A stretch of 63,950 nt of DNA, counting the filler, from Octopus bimaculoides (taxonomy: Eukaryota), in assembly GCF_001194135.2 (NCBI RefSeq). It is 7 parts of 7 records of this genome, joined end to end, with 100 filler letters (N's around TTAATTAATTAA, not from the genome) between each part and the next. Parts side by side here need not be neighbours in the genome. Positions count along the whole stretch, not along the records: positions 1 to 20,310 come from NC_068981.1; 6 more parts are not named here. One strand, written 5' to 3'. The translations under genes were made by a program, and so were the position numbers. Under the pieces are notes generated by a model. That model was not told the origin of the DNA. It did not search any database and worked only from the letters and a program-made list of their open reading frames with translations. Of this stretch, positions 1 through 12,951 are shown piece after piece (position 1 is the first letter of the stretch; the number at the start of each line of letters is the position of its first letter).

Positions 1-44
<44 letters not shown>

Positions 45-2203
45 CCATAAAGCCATTCGCTAGATTTGCGATATATACCTAGTGTGCATATGTATATGCA
101 CACTGCAAAGTTCATTTATACATATATATGCACATGCATGACTTGCAATCACCTTGCCCCCATACCTCTTACTGATACTCAAACATATGCATAACATTTT
201 GCATATAATGATATTATTTGATCATACACGCATAAATACACGTAAGACTACATGCGTGGGCATGCGTCCAACGTGTAATTTTACACGTGCAAATATGCGT
301 TTCTGCGTTTGAGAGTCGTTTTGTGTATATACGAATGCTTGAGTTTCCTTCGTGTGCGTATGTATGTCTATGTGGGAGAGAGAGAGAGGTAGGTAGGTAG
401 GTAGGTAGGTAGGTGGGTAGGTAGGTAGGGAGGGAGGGNNNNNNNNNNNNNNNNNNNNNNNNNNNNNNNNNNNNNNNNNNNNNNNNNNNNNNNNNNNNNN
501 NNNNNNNNNNNNNNNNNNNNNNNNNNNNNNNNNNNNNNNNNNNNNNNNNNNNNNNNNNNNNNNNNNNNNNNNNNNNNNNNNNNNNNNNNNNNNNNNNNNN
601 NNNNNNNNNNNNNNNNNNNNNNNNNNNNNNNNNNNNNNNNNNNNNNNNNNNNNNNNNNNNNNNNNNNNNNNNNNNNNNNNNNNNNNNNNNNNNNNNNNNN
701 NNNNNNNNNNNNNNNNNNNNNNNNNNNNNNNNNNNNNNNNNNNNNNNNNNNNNNNNNNNNNNNNNNNNNNNNNNNNNNNNNNNNNNNNNNNNNNNNNNNN
801 NNNNNNNNNNNNNNNNNNNNNNNNNNNNNNNNNNNNNNNNNNNNNNNNNNNNNNNNNNNNNNNNNNNNNNNNNNNNNNNNNNNNNNNNNNNNNNNNNNNN
901 NNNNNNNNNNNNNNNNNNNNNNNNNNNNNNNNNNNNNNNNNNNNNNNNNNNNNNNNNNNNNNNNNNNNNNNNNNNNNNNNNNNNNNNNNNNNNNNNNNNN
1001 NNNNNNNNNNNNNNNNNNNNNNNNNNNNNNNNNNNNNNNNNNNNNNNNNNNNNNNNNNNNNNNNNNNNNNNNNNNNNNNNNNNNNNNNNNNNNNNNNNNN
1101 NNNNNNNNNNNNNNNNNNNNNNNNNNNNNNNNNNNNNNNNNNNNNNNNNNNNNNNNNNNNNNNNNNNNNNNNNNNNNNNNNNNNNNNNNNNNNNNNNNNN
1201 NNNNNNNNNNNNNNNNNNNNNNNNNNNNNNNNNNNNNNNNNNNNNNNNNNNNNNNNNNNNNNNNNNNNNNNNNNNNNNNNNNNNNNNNNNNNNNNNNNNN
1301 NNNNNNNNNNNNNNNNNNNNNNNNNNNNNNNNNNNNNNNNNNNNNNNNNNNNNNNNNNNNNNNNNNNNNNNNNNNNATATATATATATATATATAATGAA
1401 GAGAGAGAGAGAAGATTAAATACAAGAAAGTGAATAAATATACGCAAAAGATCAGCTTGTAAAAAAAAGTGAAATATATAAATATATATAATGGAAACAG
1501 TAGTGGAACTCAGCTTTCTTTCAGCTACCCCACTGATCAGAATATATTCGGAATTGTTCATTTATTTTCTTTAGTTACCATGATATCTTTCAGAAGATAT
1601 ATTTAGTATGTGGTTTGTGCGATTGCATTGTAAATATACAAATAGTGATAGAGAAAGGGAAAAAAATCATTCTAAACAAATATGCATATCATCTTTTTGA
1701 TATCTTTGGTTTCTTTTTTTTTTTCCTTTTTTGAAGTCTATAATGAATCCCCTAATATCAGTATGCGTTTCTCTATATATGTTCAGGTTAGATTTTTAAA
1801 AATCTTCTCACAAGTAGAGAAAGAACCGGCCTCCAACCAAGAAACAAGCCCGTTTCGCTGGAATATATTGAACACCAGCTAGTGATGTACGTATGTATGT
1901 ATGTATGTATATCAATCAGTTTCATTTCTGTATTTCTAGTCCATAGAGAAAGAGCCGGANNNNNNNNNNATGTATGTATGTATGTATGTATGTATGTATG
2001 CATGTCATTTCCTAGATTAGAATATTTTACAACAGGAATAGTACTGATTTCTAGCAAAGAAGCAAAGGTCTATCGCAGTGATCCCTGATTTGGATAACAA
2101 GAATGCTGATAGTTATATATTGAACTTCAGGAATGGTCCTCTATATGTGTGTGTGTGTATGTTTAAATGGATGTATGGATATAGGAATGCATGGATATAT
2201 AAC

Positions 2204-2825
2204 GCGCAGGAGTGGCTGTGTGGTAAGTAGCTTGCCTACCACTCACATAGTTCTGGGTTCAGTCCCACTGCGTGGCACCTTGGGCAAGTGTCTTCTAATA
2301 TAGCCTCGGGCCGACCAAAGCCTTGTGAGTGGATTTGGTAGACGGAAACTGACAGAAGCCCGTCGTTAATATGTATGTATCTATGTATGTTTGTGTATAT
2401 GTTTGTGTGTCTGTGTTTGTCCCCCCCCCCCNNNNNNNNNNNNNNNNNNNNNNNNNNNNNNNNNNNNNNNNNNNNNNNNNNNNNNNNNNNNNNNNNNNNN
2501 NNNNNNNNNNNNNNNNNNNNNNNNNNNNNNNNNNNNNNNNNNNNNNNNNNNNNNNNNNNNNNNNNNNNNNNNNNNNNNNNNNNNNNNNNNNNNNNNNNNN
2601 NNNNNNNNNNNNNNNNNNNNCCCCCCCAACTTCGCTTGACAACCGTTACTGGGGTGTTTACGTCCCCGTAACCTAGCGGTTCGGCAAAAGAGACCGATGG
2701 AATAAGTACAAGGCTTACAAAGAATAAATTCTGGGGTCGATTTACTCGACCAAAAGGAGGTGCTCCAGCATGGCCAGTCAAATGACTGAAACATGTAAAA
2801 GAATAAAAGAATGAAAGAATAAAAA
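2204..2825 (+). mobile_element. tRNA-derived SINE, family B (GGAGTGGCTGTGTGGTAAG head, internal microsatellite; contains a gap)
   Basis: A/B-box-like head, CORE-like GGCACCTTGGGCAAGTGTC segment and 3' GTCAAATGACTGAAAC; near-identical to 56288-56707 and to 44161-44530 (-). Confidence 0.85.
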
Positions 2826-3771
2826 ATATGTATGTAAGTATTCGTATGTATTTTGTTCATATGTGTGTGTGTGCGTGTGTGTGCGCGCGAGCATGCGTAT
2901 GCGTATGTGTGAGTGTGTTTTGTTTAGATAACAAGAATTCATGAACTTCAAAAGATACGAAATAACTTGTTCTTAACGACAGATAAATTTATAAATAATA
3001 ATATGTAAAATATTGGGTTCAAACTCCATAATCGGAGGAAAATTTTGAAGGTGGCTTGGGGGAAAGCATCTGTACCGCTTTCAGGTTGCGTTTGAAAATT
3101 ACATATTAGCTAGTTTCTTCTTTGCCTGTGTCTCTTAGCTTTTTGTAAATTGTAACTTAGACATTTATTAACATAATCAAATGCACAACTAATTACACTG
3201 CATGACAAAATGAAAAAAAGTTTCTTTAGTGAGTGATATTTTGAGTGATTGTAACTAATTTTAGGGTCTTCTTTCTGCATATGAAATCAGTTTTATTCCA
3301 TCACACATAGATTTTGATCTACAGGATACTCTCTATATACGGCATTTATAGAAATGTAACGTAGAATGCAGTACTTCAAGTGTTTTCATTTGCCTTTGAA
3401 ATATGCCTTTGATCTTTTTGTGACAGCTTTTAATGAAGAAAGCTGTAAAAGTAGATATAACACATAATTCATATCTATTTTTAGAAAACTTTGAGATTTT
3501 ATTGTGACTTGTACCAAAGTAGTAGAAGCTATATTCACTGTTATTTTATTTTATTTTATTTATATTTCTCCACTTCAATTTGCTTCAATCTACATGGATT
3601 CAAGACGAAACTTGCAGACTAAAGTAAATATTTGGCGTCACATATTGTATGCAAATGTAGAGGGGATCGATTTCTTTGTGGTCTAGTGGCAAAATGAAGC
3701 AAACGCTATATGCTATTCTAATGCCATTGCGAGAACAACGCAACCATTTTACAGATTGTTAATTTTGTGAA

Positions 3772-3820
3772 GGCGCATGGCTCAGTGGTTAGAGCGTCAG
3801 TCTCACAATCATGAAGTAGT
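3772..3820 (+). mobile_element. Truncated tRNA-derived SINE head abutting the transposase remnant
   Basis: GGCGCATGGCTCAGTGGTTAGAGCGTC: an A-box-containing head that ends where the B box would begin. Confidence 0.6.
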
Positions 3821-4670
3821 GGAATTCAAAAGGTGCACACGAAGTGTTGCTGCTTCTTCTGTCTGTGGGACAGCAAGGATCAAAATAAGCACTGCAGACA
3901 GCGGGATTGCTTAAAACGTCATGAACAGAAAACTGGGAATTGTGTTCAGTATCACTAGTTTTACTTGAGCTGTGTTACCACCTGAGCTGGGTTAAACTTG
4001 GAATCTTTTGACAGTCACTTGACCCTGAGGGGCAACCAGTCAAAATGCTGAAAGATATCTTTCCTCGATTTAGTAAAGTAAATATTAAAGAAAACCAGAT
4101 ACTCAAAAGTTGATGAAGAATCAAACGTCCAGAGACTCATTGAATGAAGTTGAACGATGAGCTTATGGTGCTCTGTTGAAGCAATTATTACTGACCTGGA
4201 TTGATTCGTTAAACAGGGTGACAGAGTGTCCTTGAAAATTCACTTTTTTAAGAGGCACGTGGATTTCTTTCCTTTGGATTTGAGCAAGATCAGTGATAAA
4301 CATGGTGAAAGATTTCATCAAGTGAGCACTAATATTGAAACAAAGTACCAAGGGTTAATCTATTCCCGCATGATGGCAGACTTTTGCTGGCTTCAGTCTT
4401 CTTATAATCTTCGTTACTGATCTTGACAATGAAATCAGTGCTGTAACTTCTTTTTTGTGGTAAATTTTTACTAAGCGTATATTGTTATTTTAACTGAAAG
4501 TAATTATAGTCTAGCACATTAATAAATTACATGCAATATGCACAAGATTAGACATTTTTTCCTGCAAATGCAGTATTTGTGGGATATCTGGTAGATCGAA
4601 ATGTAGGCATGATGGAGGAAAGCGGATGTCATATTCATAAAGAGCACCCTAAAAGTATCAAATATCACCA
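3821..4670 (+). mobile_element. DNA transposase remnant, CMC superfamily (Chapaev3-like)
   Basis: Frames give TKCCCFFCLWDSK, LPP..KLG, LKDIFPRFSKVNIKE and MSLKIHFFKRHVDFFPLDLSKISDKHGERFHQ...KYQG...MMADFCW (HxxxH and S-D-x-H-G-E-R-F-H-Q motifs). Multiple stops and frameshifts. The superfamily assignment is from motif recall. Confidence 0.75.
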
Positions 4671-5035
4671 AAAGGGATCCTGTTCAAAAAGGGGGCACCA
4701 GTATTTTCTTAACGAAACACTTTGAAACTTGGGACACTGGTAGAATGTGTCATACAAAACATCTTTTTCTCTTAGTCTTCTTAACAAAAAAAACGTACAT
4801 CGTAAGTTATTTCATGTTAAAGTTGTCGTATTTCTGTAATTTCAACCAATGACTGACGTCCCTTCAGCCGTAAAAATTAAGTGCTGACTACGTAAACAAA
4901 CGATTCTCAAACGATTCTGGCGGTGATAAAATTATTATTTCCTTGTCAAAAAATGGCTGAAGCATATTGGCAGTAGCTAATAAACCTTTCTGTTATAGGC
5001 ACAAGGCCTGGTTTTTGAGGGAAGGAGCAAGTCAA

Positions 5036-5059
5036 TTAGGGTTAGGGTTAGGGTTAGGG
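5036..5059 (+). repeat. Interstitial telomeric repeat (TTAGGG)4
   Basis: Four perfect units. Confidence 0.85.
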
Positions 5060-5454
5060 AAAACGAACACACGTGTGTTGCCTCTCTGCAAAATGTCAGA
5101 AGTAATGGAGATTAAATACGCTTTACACCGCTTAAACTGCCAAAGGAGTAAGTATAAACAACTGAATATTTATCAGTGATTGGTTGAAATTATCGAAATA
5201 AGACAATTTTTTTATATGAAATAAATTCGAATACAACATTTTTTTTCTGTTCTATAACACAAAATAGATAAGTATACGAAGTTTGAAAGTCTTTCGGTAC
5301 CAAAAACACTACATAAAACATAAATGAAAACTGGTGCCCCCGTTTTGAACAAGATCCACCAAAAGTAATCTTTACCATAAATAATAGTGTATATATGACT
5401 TTATAATTAAGATTGAGAAGCTGCAGGCTTTGAACCAGTTATTCATACGAATCT

Positions 5455-5703
5455 CAAAGCTGAAACACGAGAAGATAAATTGATAAATCGGGTATAGCTG
5501 ATCATGTATTAAAAAATGGAGACCACATCCCCCTGTGAGATGAAGTTAAAATAATAGACAGAGAACACCACTGGAAAATACAAAAACTAAAAGAAGCAGC
5601 ACATATGCTAGGACACAACAATCTCCTAAGCAGACTGAGTGCAGATAGGAGTAGCATATGGGAACCGGTGTTAAGGAAGGATATGGAAATATTAGATTTA
5701 TAA
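5455..5703 (+). mobile_element. Penelope-like element, 3' end of the GIY-YIG endonuclease region (pseudogenised)
   Basis: Translation KSGIADHVLKNGDHIPL*DEVKIIDREHHWKIQKLKEAAHMLGHNNLLSR...IWEPVL resembles the PLE C-terminal S.IA.H...H...W..V.I.D.E..W..R..KEA.H pattern; one in-frame TGA. Confidence 0.7.
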
Positions 5704-5732
5704 GCCCTAAAATTCACTCCATAATTGCCCAC

Positions 5733-5982
5733 GGGCATATGGCGTAGTGGTTAAGAGAGCGGGCTACTAACTCCAGGATTCTGAGTTCGATTCCAAGCAG
5801 TTACCTGAATGATAATAATAACATCGAAAAATACGTTAAGAATGAGAACCCAGGTTCGAAACCTGGTGAAGGCTGGTGGGTATCTCAGCCGAAACGTTGT
5901 GTTAACAACAAACAAAATGAGGACAAATATCCGTCAAATATAAATAAAGTACATAATTCCTCATCTCTTAAATATAGAACTG

Positions 5983-5985
<3 letters not shown>
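5733..5985 (+). mobile_element. Composite repeat: tRNA-like head (A and B boxes) followed by a degenerate hammerhead core
   Basis: A box TGGCGTAGTGG (5740-5750) and B box GTTCGATTCC (5785-5794); then CTGGTGA-A-GGCTG...CAGCC-GAAACG (5863-5896) and CGTC (5932-5935); ends in (TA)n. Confidence 0.6.
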
Positions 5986-6018
<33 letters not shown>

Positions 6019-7795
6019 AAAGAGAAAGTAAAGAATAAAACATGGAGATAAAATGGGGTTTCAATAATAAATTTTACTTGTCCTCTCTTAATTTTCGTTT
6101 CTCCATATAACATCCAGCGATCAACAAATGTTGCTTAAATCTTTGCTCGTCTATTCAATTATAGATGAAGATATATGTTGATATATAAATTCAGTGATGA
6201 ATTTTGTTCATATAAAGAAATGAGATGTGATATAATTTACAGAGAAGAAACGAGGAACACGTAAAAATATTCTATTTGTTCAGCATTTTTTTCATATCTC
6301 CAATGGAGATTCGTATTTGATGGGCAAGCTGAGATGAGAGACACTTTATTACAATGGAAATTTTAGTTAATGAGCCACGGAATGATTAGTTGCATTGTAT
6401 TAAATCTAGGCAGAAACATCGCAGAGCAGTAATTGGAACGAAAATATAACACGCTGTTATAGTATTTAATTGTCACATATGATTTTGAGGAGAAAAGGGA
6501 AAGCAATATTCACAGGTGTCTTATCAGACAGAAATGTGCATCGCATATATTGGAAGTCTATTGAGAATATGCTTCTAGATATAGAACTAATGAGAACTTG
6601 ATAGAAATAAACTAGATTAGTGGGCGGGAATCTACAGAATAAGAAGCTGGAACATTATTTGCAGACATACCATTTCAAGTTTTCTTTGTGAAATCTAAAA
6701 CCTTAGATAATTTTCACAGAAAATATGAAAAATCTAATCTTCGTTATCACAGTGTGATTCTTGGTTTTGCTATGCTTTTAGTAGTTTTAGGCATGGATAA
6801 TTAAGCGAGAAAATAGTATTACTTTAAAATTGCTCACTACAACAAAGCACATAGTTTATATATCCCTTGTAGGCTCCTTCACATTTGTTGCATTCATATA
6901 ACGTGTCTTCAATCTGATGCCTACCGAGTAAACCTGGGAAGAGCAAGATTTCTTTATGTATAGCTGTTCCTGGAGGAAACTAATGTACCATGTATTCGTT
7001 ATGCACGTTTGTTGGGTTAGAAGGAGAGAGAGAGCAAGAGAAAGAGAGAGAGAGAGAGGTGGAGAAGAGAGGGAGCACAGATGTCAAGAATGAAGTGCAT
7101 CAATTGGTCGCTACACAAGCTTCTGTACAGTTCAAGCAGAAATGCAATCATGTTTGAAGTGAAAGGTAGAAGACAGAGTAAAACAGTCACTGGAAGATCC
7201 AGATGTAGACCTACTCATTGAACGAAGCTTTACTAAATATTTGGATGGCTTTTTATGAGTACCAACTATAATATTTGATTATATTTTCGACTCCTAGTTC
7301 ACTATTCTGATTATATGTTATGCTAAGAATGCTATAGAAAAATCATTATCCCACTCTGTAGTGTAAAAAGTTACACCCAAAGATGGATGTACTACATTCC
7401 GCACCAGCATCTCAATAAGAAAAACAAAATCAAAAGCATTACTTTAGACAGAGAAAGATATGGATTGAACGCAACAAAGATGTCTCGTGATAGAATACAA
7501 AGCAGACACAAACACGTCTTGAGCTTGAAACATACTCATGATGTTTACATCTAGAACAGATTTCCAATGCATTTCATTTTCTGTATTATTTGTTTTATTT
7601 TCTGTCTTTATGAACGTTTGCCAGATAATTCCACAAAAGAAAAATAACTTTTGTATTGTACTTGAATTTTAATTAAAAACACAAATACTACGAAGTCGAC
7701 TGCGTAATTCTTAAAAACGAAGAAAAAAGCCCAAAAAGTTTCAATTTAATATATCTTGTCAGTATACACCCAGGCTGCCTGCGGGCAATTTTTCG

Positions 7796-7853
<58 letters not shown>

Positions 7854-8089
7854 NNNNNNNNNNATACACACATATATACATGCATACACACACACACACA
7901 CAGATACACACACACACAAACACGCGCACGCATGCACGCACGCATGCACGCACGCACACACACACACACACAAATTTGAATATTACACACATACAATCAT
8001 ATATACTTACGTCTATGGCAGATGAATGTATATGACATATATAATCGCACATAGAATCTATATATATGTATACACTCATATACATGCAT

Positions 8090-8164
<75 letters not shown>

Positions 8165-8526
8165 TGTATACATATATATAAATAAATATATATACATACA
8201 CACATCTACACACATACATGCATACACACACACATATATATATATATATGCAAGCAGGTATATATAAACCGCTTATGAAAATTTTTCAGCTCACATGTTT
8301 CTTTCGTATTACTTCAGTTTCGAAGAAGACTATAAACATTGAGTTTAGAGGGGAAGAAAAAAGAATAGAAAAACAAAACTTGCAAAGCGTTATAGTTTTG
8401 CTTCAAGGCTTCAAAATTAATTAGCTATTTCTAAGGAGCCTTAATGTGTACAGCATGTTTGTGATGTAATTTAATAGCACGGAATACAAATTTTAGATGA
8501 AGGTAAATGAGAAAATTTAAATGCTA

Positions 8527-9840
8527 TTTAAGACTACACTCTTCCATCAGTATGTCTGAGAGTCGTTTTTTTTTTTCAGCACGCTTTACATATTGAAGAT
8601 GGAAACAGTGCGCGCAAAATGTTCGGGACATATGGACCATATTATCTGTCCGTTTACATAAAGTGTTACGATAGTAACTTATAGTCCACCATTTTGTAGT
8701 GTTATCAGTTCTGTACCTCTTTAAACAGTCATTGTACTTCGATAAAACTGTGTAACATGATTTTTGGCCTTAGTCAGCAACTGTTATTTCCTCTTTGCTT
8801 ACTCCTAGAAAATATGAAAAATGGCTAATATTTCCTTCAATCTTTGCTTTTCTTACATGTATTCAAACCACAAAGAATCCTTCTCAATACATGGCTAGGT
8901 TACTCCCCCACTACTCCTGCTCGTAATCAGAGATGCAAATAATGTCAGCCACTAAGGGGCATGATGAAATGGTTAAGATCAAGCAACTGACCAGTAAATC
9001 TGTGGTATTGAGCAGAATATTTGCTATAACGATATTGTTCTTCAGCAACTCAACGCTAAATCTGTCTGTAATGTCACAGAAAATACGTCAGCTTCAAAAC
9101 ATGGATATTCAGGTCCCAAAAGCAAAGTTCAAAGGCAGTAGTAGTCATTTCCCTTGATTTCAAGTCAGAAACAAATCAGAAATAACACTTACAGACCAAA
9201 GACAAAGTGTAACGACAAAAAAAGTTATTTCATTTTTGCTTCTCCAAAGAATGAACATGCTGTGTGTAGGCTTATTTTAAACTACACTTCTTCCATCAGT
9301 TTGTCTGTGAGTAGTTAAGATAGTTATCTTTTTTTTCAGCACACTTTACATATTGAAGATGGAAACAGTGCGCGCAAAATGTTCGGGACATATGGACCAT
9401 ATTATCTGTCCGTTTACATAAAGTGTTACGATAGTAACTTATAGTCCACCATTTTGTAGTGTTATCAGTTCTTATTTCTCTATTGCCCACAAGAGGCTAA
9501 ACATAGAGGAGACAAAGAAGGACAGACAGATTAAGTCGATTACATAGACCCCAGTGCGTAACTGGTACTTAATTTATCGACCCAGAAAGGATGAAAGGCA
9601 AAGTCGACCTCGGCGGAATTTGAACTCAGAACGTAGCGGCGGACGAAATACCACTAAGCATTTCGCCCGGCTTACTGACGTTTCTGCCAGCTCGCCGCCT
9701 TTAGTAGTGTTATCAGTTCTGTTCCTCTTTAAACAGCCATTGCACTTCGATAAAACTGTGCAACATGAGTTTTGCCCTTAGTTAGCAACTGTTGTTTCCT
9801 ATTTCCTTACCCCTAGAAAATATGAAATATGGCTAATGCA
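8527..9840 (+). repeat. Local direct duplication (8527-8830 versus 9275-9840); the second copy is interrupted by a SINE
   Basis: A 129-bp identical core (8584-8712 = 9344-9472) with visibly diverged flanks. Confidence 0.9.
9473..9703 (-). mobile_element. tRNA-derived SINE, family A (GGCGAGCTGGCAGAA head), with a 17-bp target-site duplication
   Basis: TSD GTAGTGTTATCAGTTCT at 9456-9472 and 9704-9720; the empty site is visible in the paralogous segment at 8696-8712. Confidence 0.92.
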
Positions 9841-10115
9841 TTACTTCTTGAGAATTTCTTGGAAGAATTCTTACGTCACGAAGAATTTTAGATTAGTACC
9901 TCTGTGAGGTATTCATCAACAAATTAATGTATCCATGTTTATCGCATTTCTATTTTAAATAAAGGTATCATTTCTTCTATAGAATAACCATCACATTTGA
10001 TTTTTCCCACACAGTTGTATCTACATGTCGTTAATGAAGTAGTATTGTTTTTTTCTTTTTACTCCATTAATGCTAAAATACGTTTAACATCTCTCTGCCT
10101 TTATCTATCTTGCTA

Positions 10116-10172
<57 letters not shown>

Positions 10173-12914
10173 TATATGAAATATTGTATTACACACACAT
10201 ACACATAACCACCCACACATATAGGTATATGTATGAAATATGATTAAGTTCGAAGGCCGATTAGGGAAGATAATGATCGAATATAAAGTGTGCACTGTAG
10301 TTCCACAGGGCAAGGCAAAGTATCAAATTTATCTTTGAGCACCTAAATGTTATATAGTAGACATTCTACTGCAATTAAAGGGGGAAAAACTGTAAAACCA
10401 AGAGAAATTGTGAAATCGCCATGTTAAACTAAGAAAAAATTCAATAGCTTTATAGATGTTAGGGACAAGATTGTTTAGTCCTTCGTCTCTGTTGATAAGA
10501 ATTTGTTTACTCAGTGATTCAGGGTTTCTGTCGGTACGCTATTTTGCACTTAAACCGACGTAAACCTTTATAAGATGACAACGGAAAGTCAATGAATACA
10601 GAAACCAAGTTTGTTAGGCTGCATATGTTAATATATGATAAACGTAATCTACCACTTTGTTTTGGGCGCCTCTCGTCGAGTCCACTAAGTTGCCACTACC
10701 CATGAAAGAGACTAACAAAATGTAATGAATGTTAGCCTTTATCATTTGGCCAACCTAAAATAAACCTTACGGCTAGTATGAATGTACCACTTATGAATTA
10801 ATATACTTTGCTCATAGGCAAAATCTACTTTAGCTTTCAGGATCAAATCTGACGTTTTTAATTTGTAATCTACTGCCCCAGCTGCGTCATCTATACTTAG
10901 GTAATAAACCCATTAACGATTTCATCATAATGCTAATTAAATTTTTAAAATGTGAGTGTAAAATGAGATGATTTAAAATAATTATTTAAGTGGAACTAAG
11001 TTGAAATAACTGCAAGCCCATTTCAATTTATTTGTTTAAACATGTGAGAAAAATGCATGACAGCAACATTATATATTCTGGTAGTGTTAATTCTCCCCTT
11101 TTTCAACTTTGAATGTTTAAGGAAATGAAATTTATAAAACACATTTTGATTGCTTTATGTAAAATTGTAAGGAATAAAACAAAAAGGACTTTCGAAAGAA
11201 AAATGATTAGATTCCGTGACCTTTCTAGAATATTTTAGAGTTGATTTGATTTATGGGCCTAGCATGCAAAATATGTTGTAAATATGTACACTCGTACATA
11301 TAGGCACATGTGTTTACCTAACGACTTAAAACACCTATACATACATATAAATACATATACACACACACCCAAACTCATACACAGAAGTCAGTAAGGGAAA
11401 CATGTACGTGGTTGCTTTATGTGCGACAAGAAGCCACCAGATTTATCTACTGCCTTCACAAAAATGAATTTCACATTGAATGCCATACTCCTAAATATAA
11501 TCTATGAATCTTAGCAAGTACCATAAAACCTGCACCCGCAGTTACTGCACGATAGGAAGACCTCGCTGCCTGAAGCATTGACGTCGTTTTAAAATTTTAT
11601 AATCCAAAGACAGTGGGATGTATATATATTGTATATATGCATATGTATCTGTACATAAGCGTGTGTATGTATGTATGTGGTGTATGGTTAGCAGAGTTTT
11701 GAAAGTGAAATAATAAAGGGACTAGGTATCCCAGCTTAAAAATAACGGGACACCTTTTAATGTCCTTTAATGTGATGAAAAATGTGTCGTTTTTATTGGG
11801 GGTACTTTCTGATGAATGCATTGCACAGCTAATGATTTATCAAATAATGACTTAACAAATGTAATTAACAAATATGCATGAGATTAAAGCATTCAACTCC
11901 TCTATTCAAAATTTTTACAATTCGTAATTGCACTCATACACAAATTATACATTTATATACGCTGAAAAATTCATAAAAATCAGAAAAATTAGTAACGCAA
12001 TTGAATGTATCGTTGCTCCCAACCTTTACAAATTAATTCTTGTCTAATTAAGAAATTCATGTGTTGATGTGGGTTCTTTTCAAATCACTGGTGTCCTTAG
12101 GATATCTGCATGTTTTCGGTTTGCAGCAGGGATATGTGTATGCGGTTTTTATATATTTAGACATTGGAATTTAGTCTATCATGATAACATAAAATGCTAG
12201 CTTTGTGGTTTAATCACCACTGCATGCAGTGTTAATTTAAATGTACAAGTTATGGTCCCAACAAAACAAAGTGGACTGAACAGTTTGACATTAAATTGTC
12301 TAATTTACAGGAAAATGTAAAGATTGTTACACGCTTAGAGTTACCGACATCTCAGTTAGAGGATCAGCATTATACGTAACCAAGTGAGGGTTATATAAGT
12401 GTATTTGTATAATATCTATGCGTGTGTACGTGTGCTTATGTGCGTCTCTCAGTATGATTCAATGCATGGTATACAATACAGTAATTAATTACGTATCCGT
12501 TTCTGTTGCTGAAAAGTATATTTTGTATTAAAATCATTTGTATCACTAATGACTGTTAAACTGAAAATCTGTAATTACGGTTTCTATATTACTTTTATTT
12601 TATTTGTTATTCTCTGAAGAGTAAAGGTGAGAGCACGGTAACCCCTAAATTGTTACTAGTATAAAAATAAACAACTGCACCCGAGGAACAAATATAATTT
12701 AAAGGGAAAATGATAAACAATATATATCTATGTATATGTATATATGCACATATGCTTACAAAAACACACATAAATATACAGACATATGAGCACATACAAG
12801 TATATAGATACATATGTATATGTACGCGATATTTTCTGTCTCTCTTACTCTGTATGAAGGTATGTGTGTGTGTGTGTATGCGTGTGTATATATGTATCTC
12901 TACTTTCTTCCACT

Positions 12915-12951
<37 letters not shown>

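Noticed and set aside
1852-1879. Minus-strand hammerhead-like stem II plus GAAAC (GCTGG...CCAGC-GAAAC)
   Set aside because: The CUGANGA half-core is absent, replaced by sequence running into (TATG)n; at most a relic.
5733-5805. tRNA gene calls here and at SINE heads (2204, 3772, 26187, 56288)
   Set aside because: A and B boxes are present, but the acceptor/T stems do not close and the sequences run into repeat bodies.
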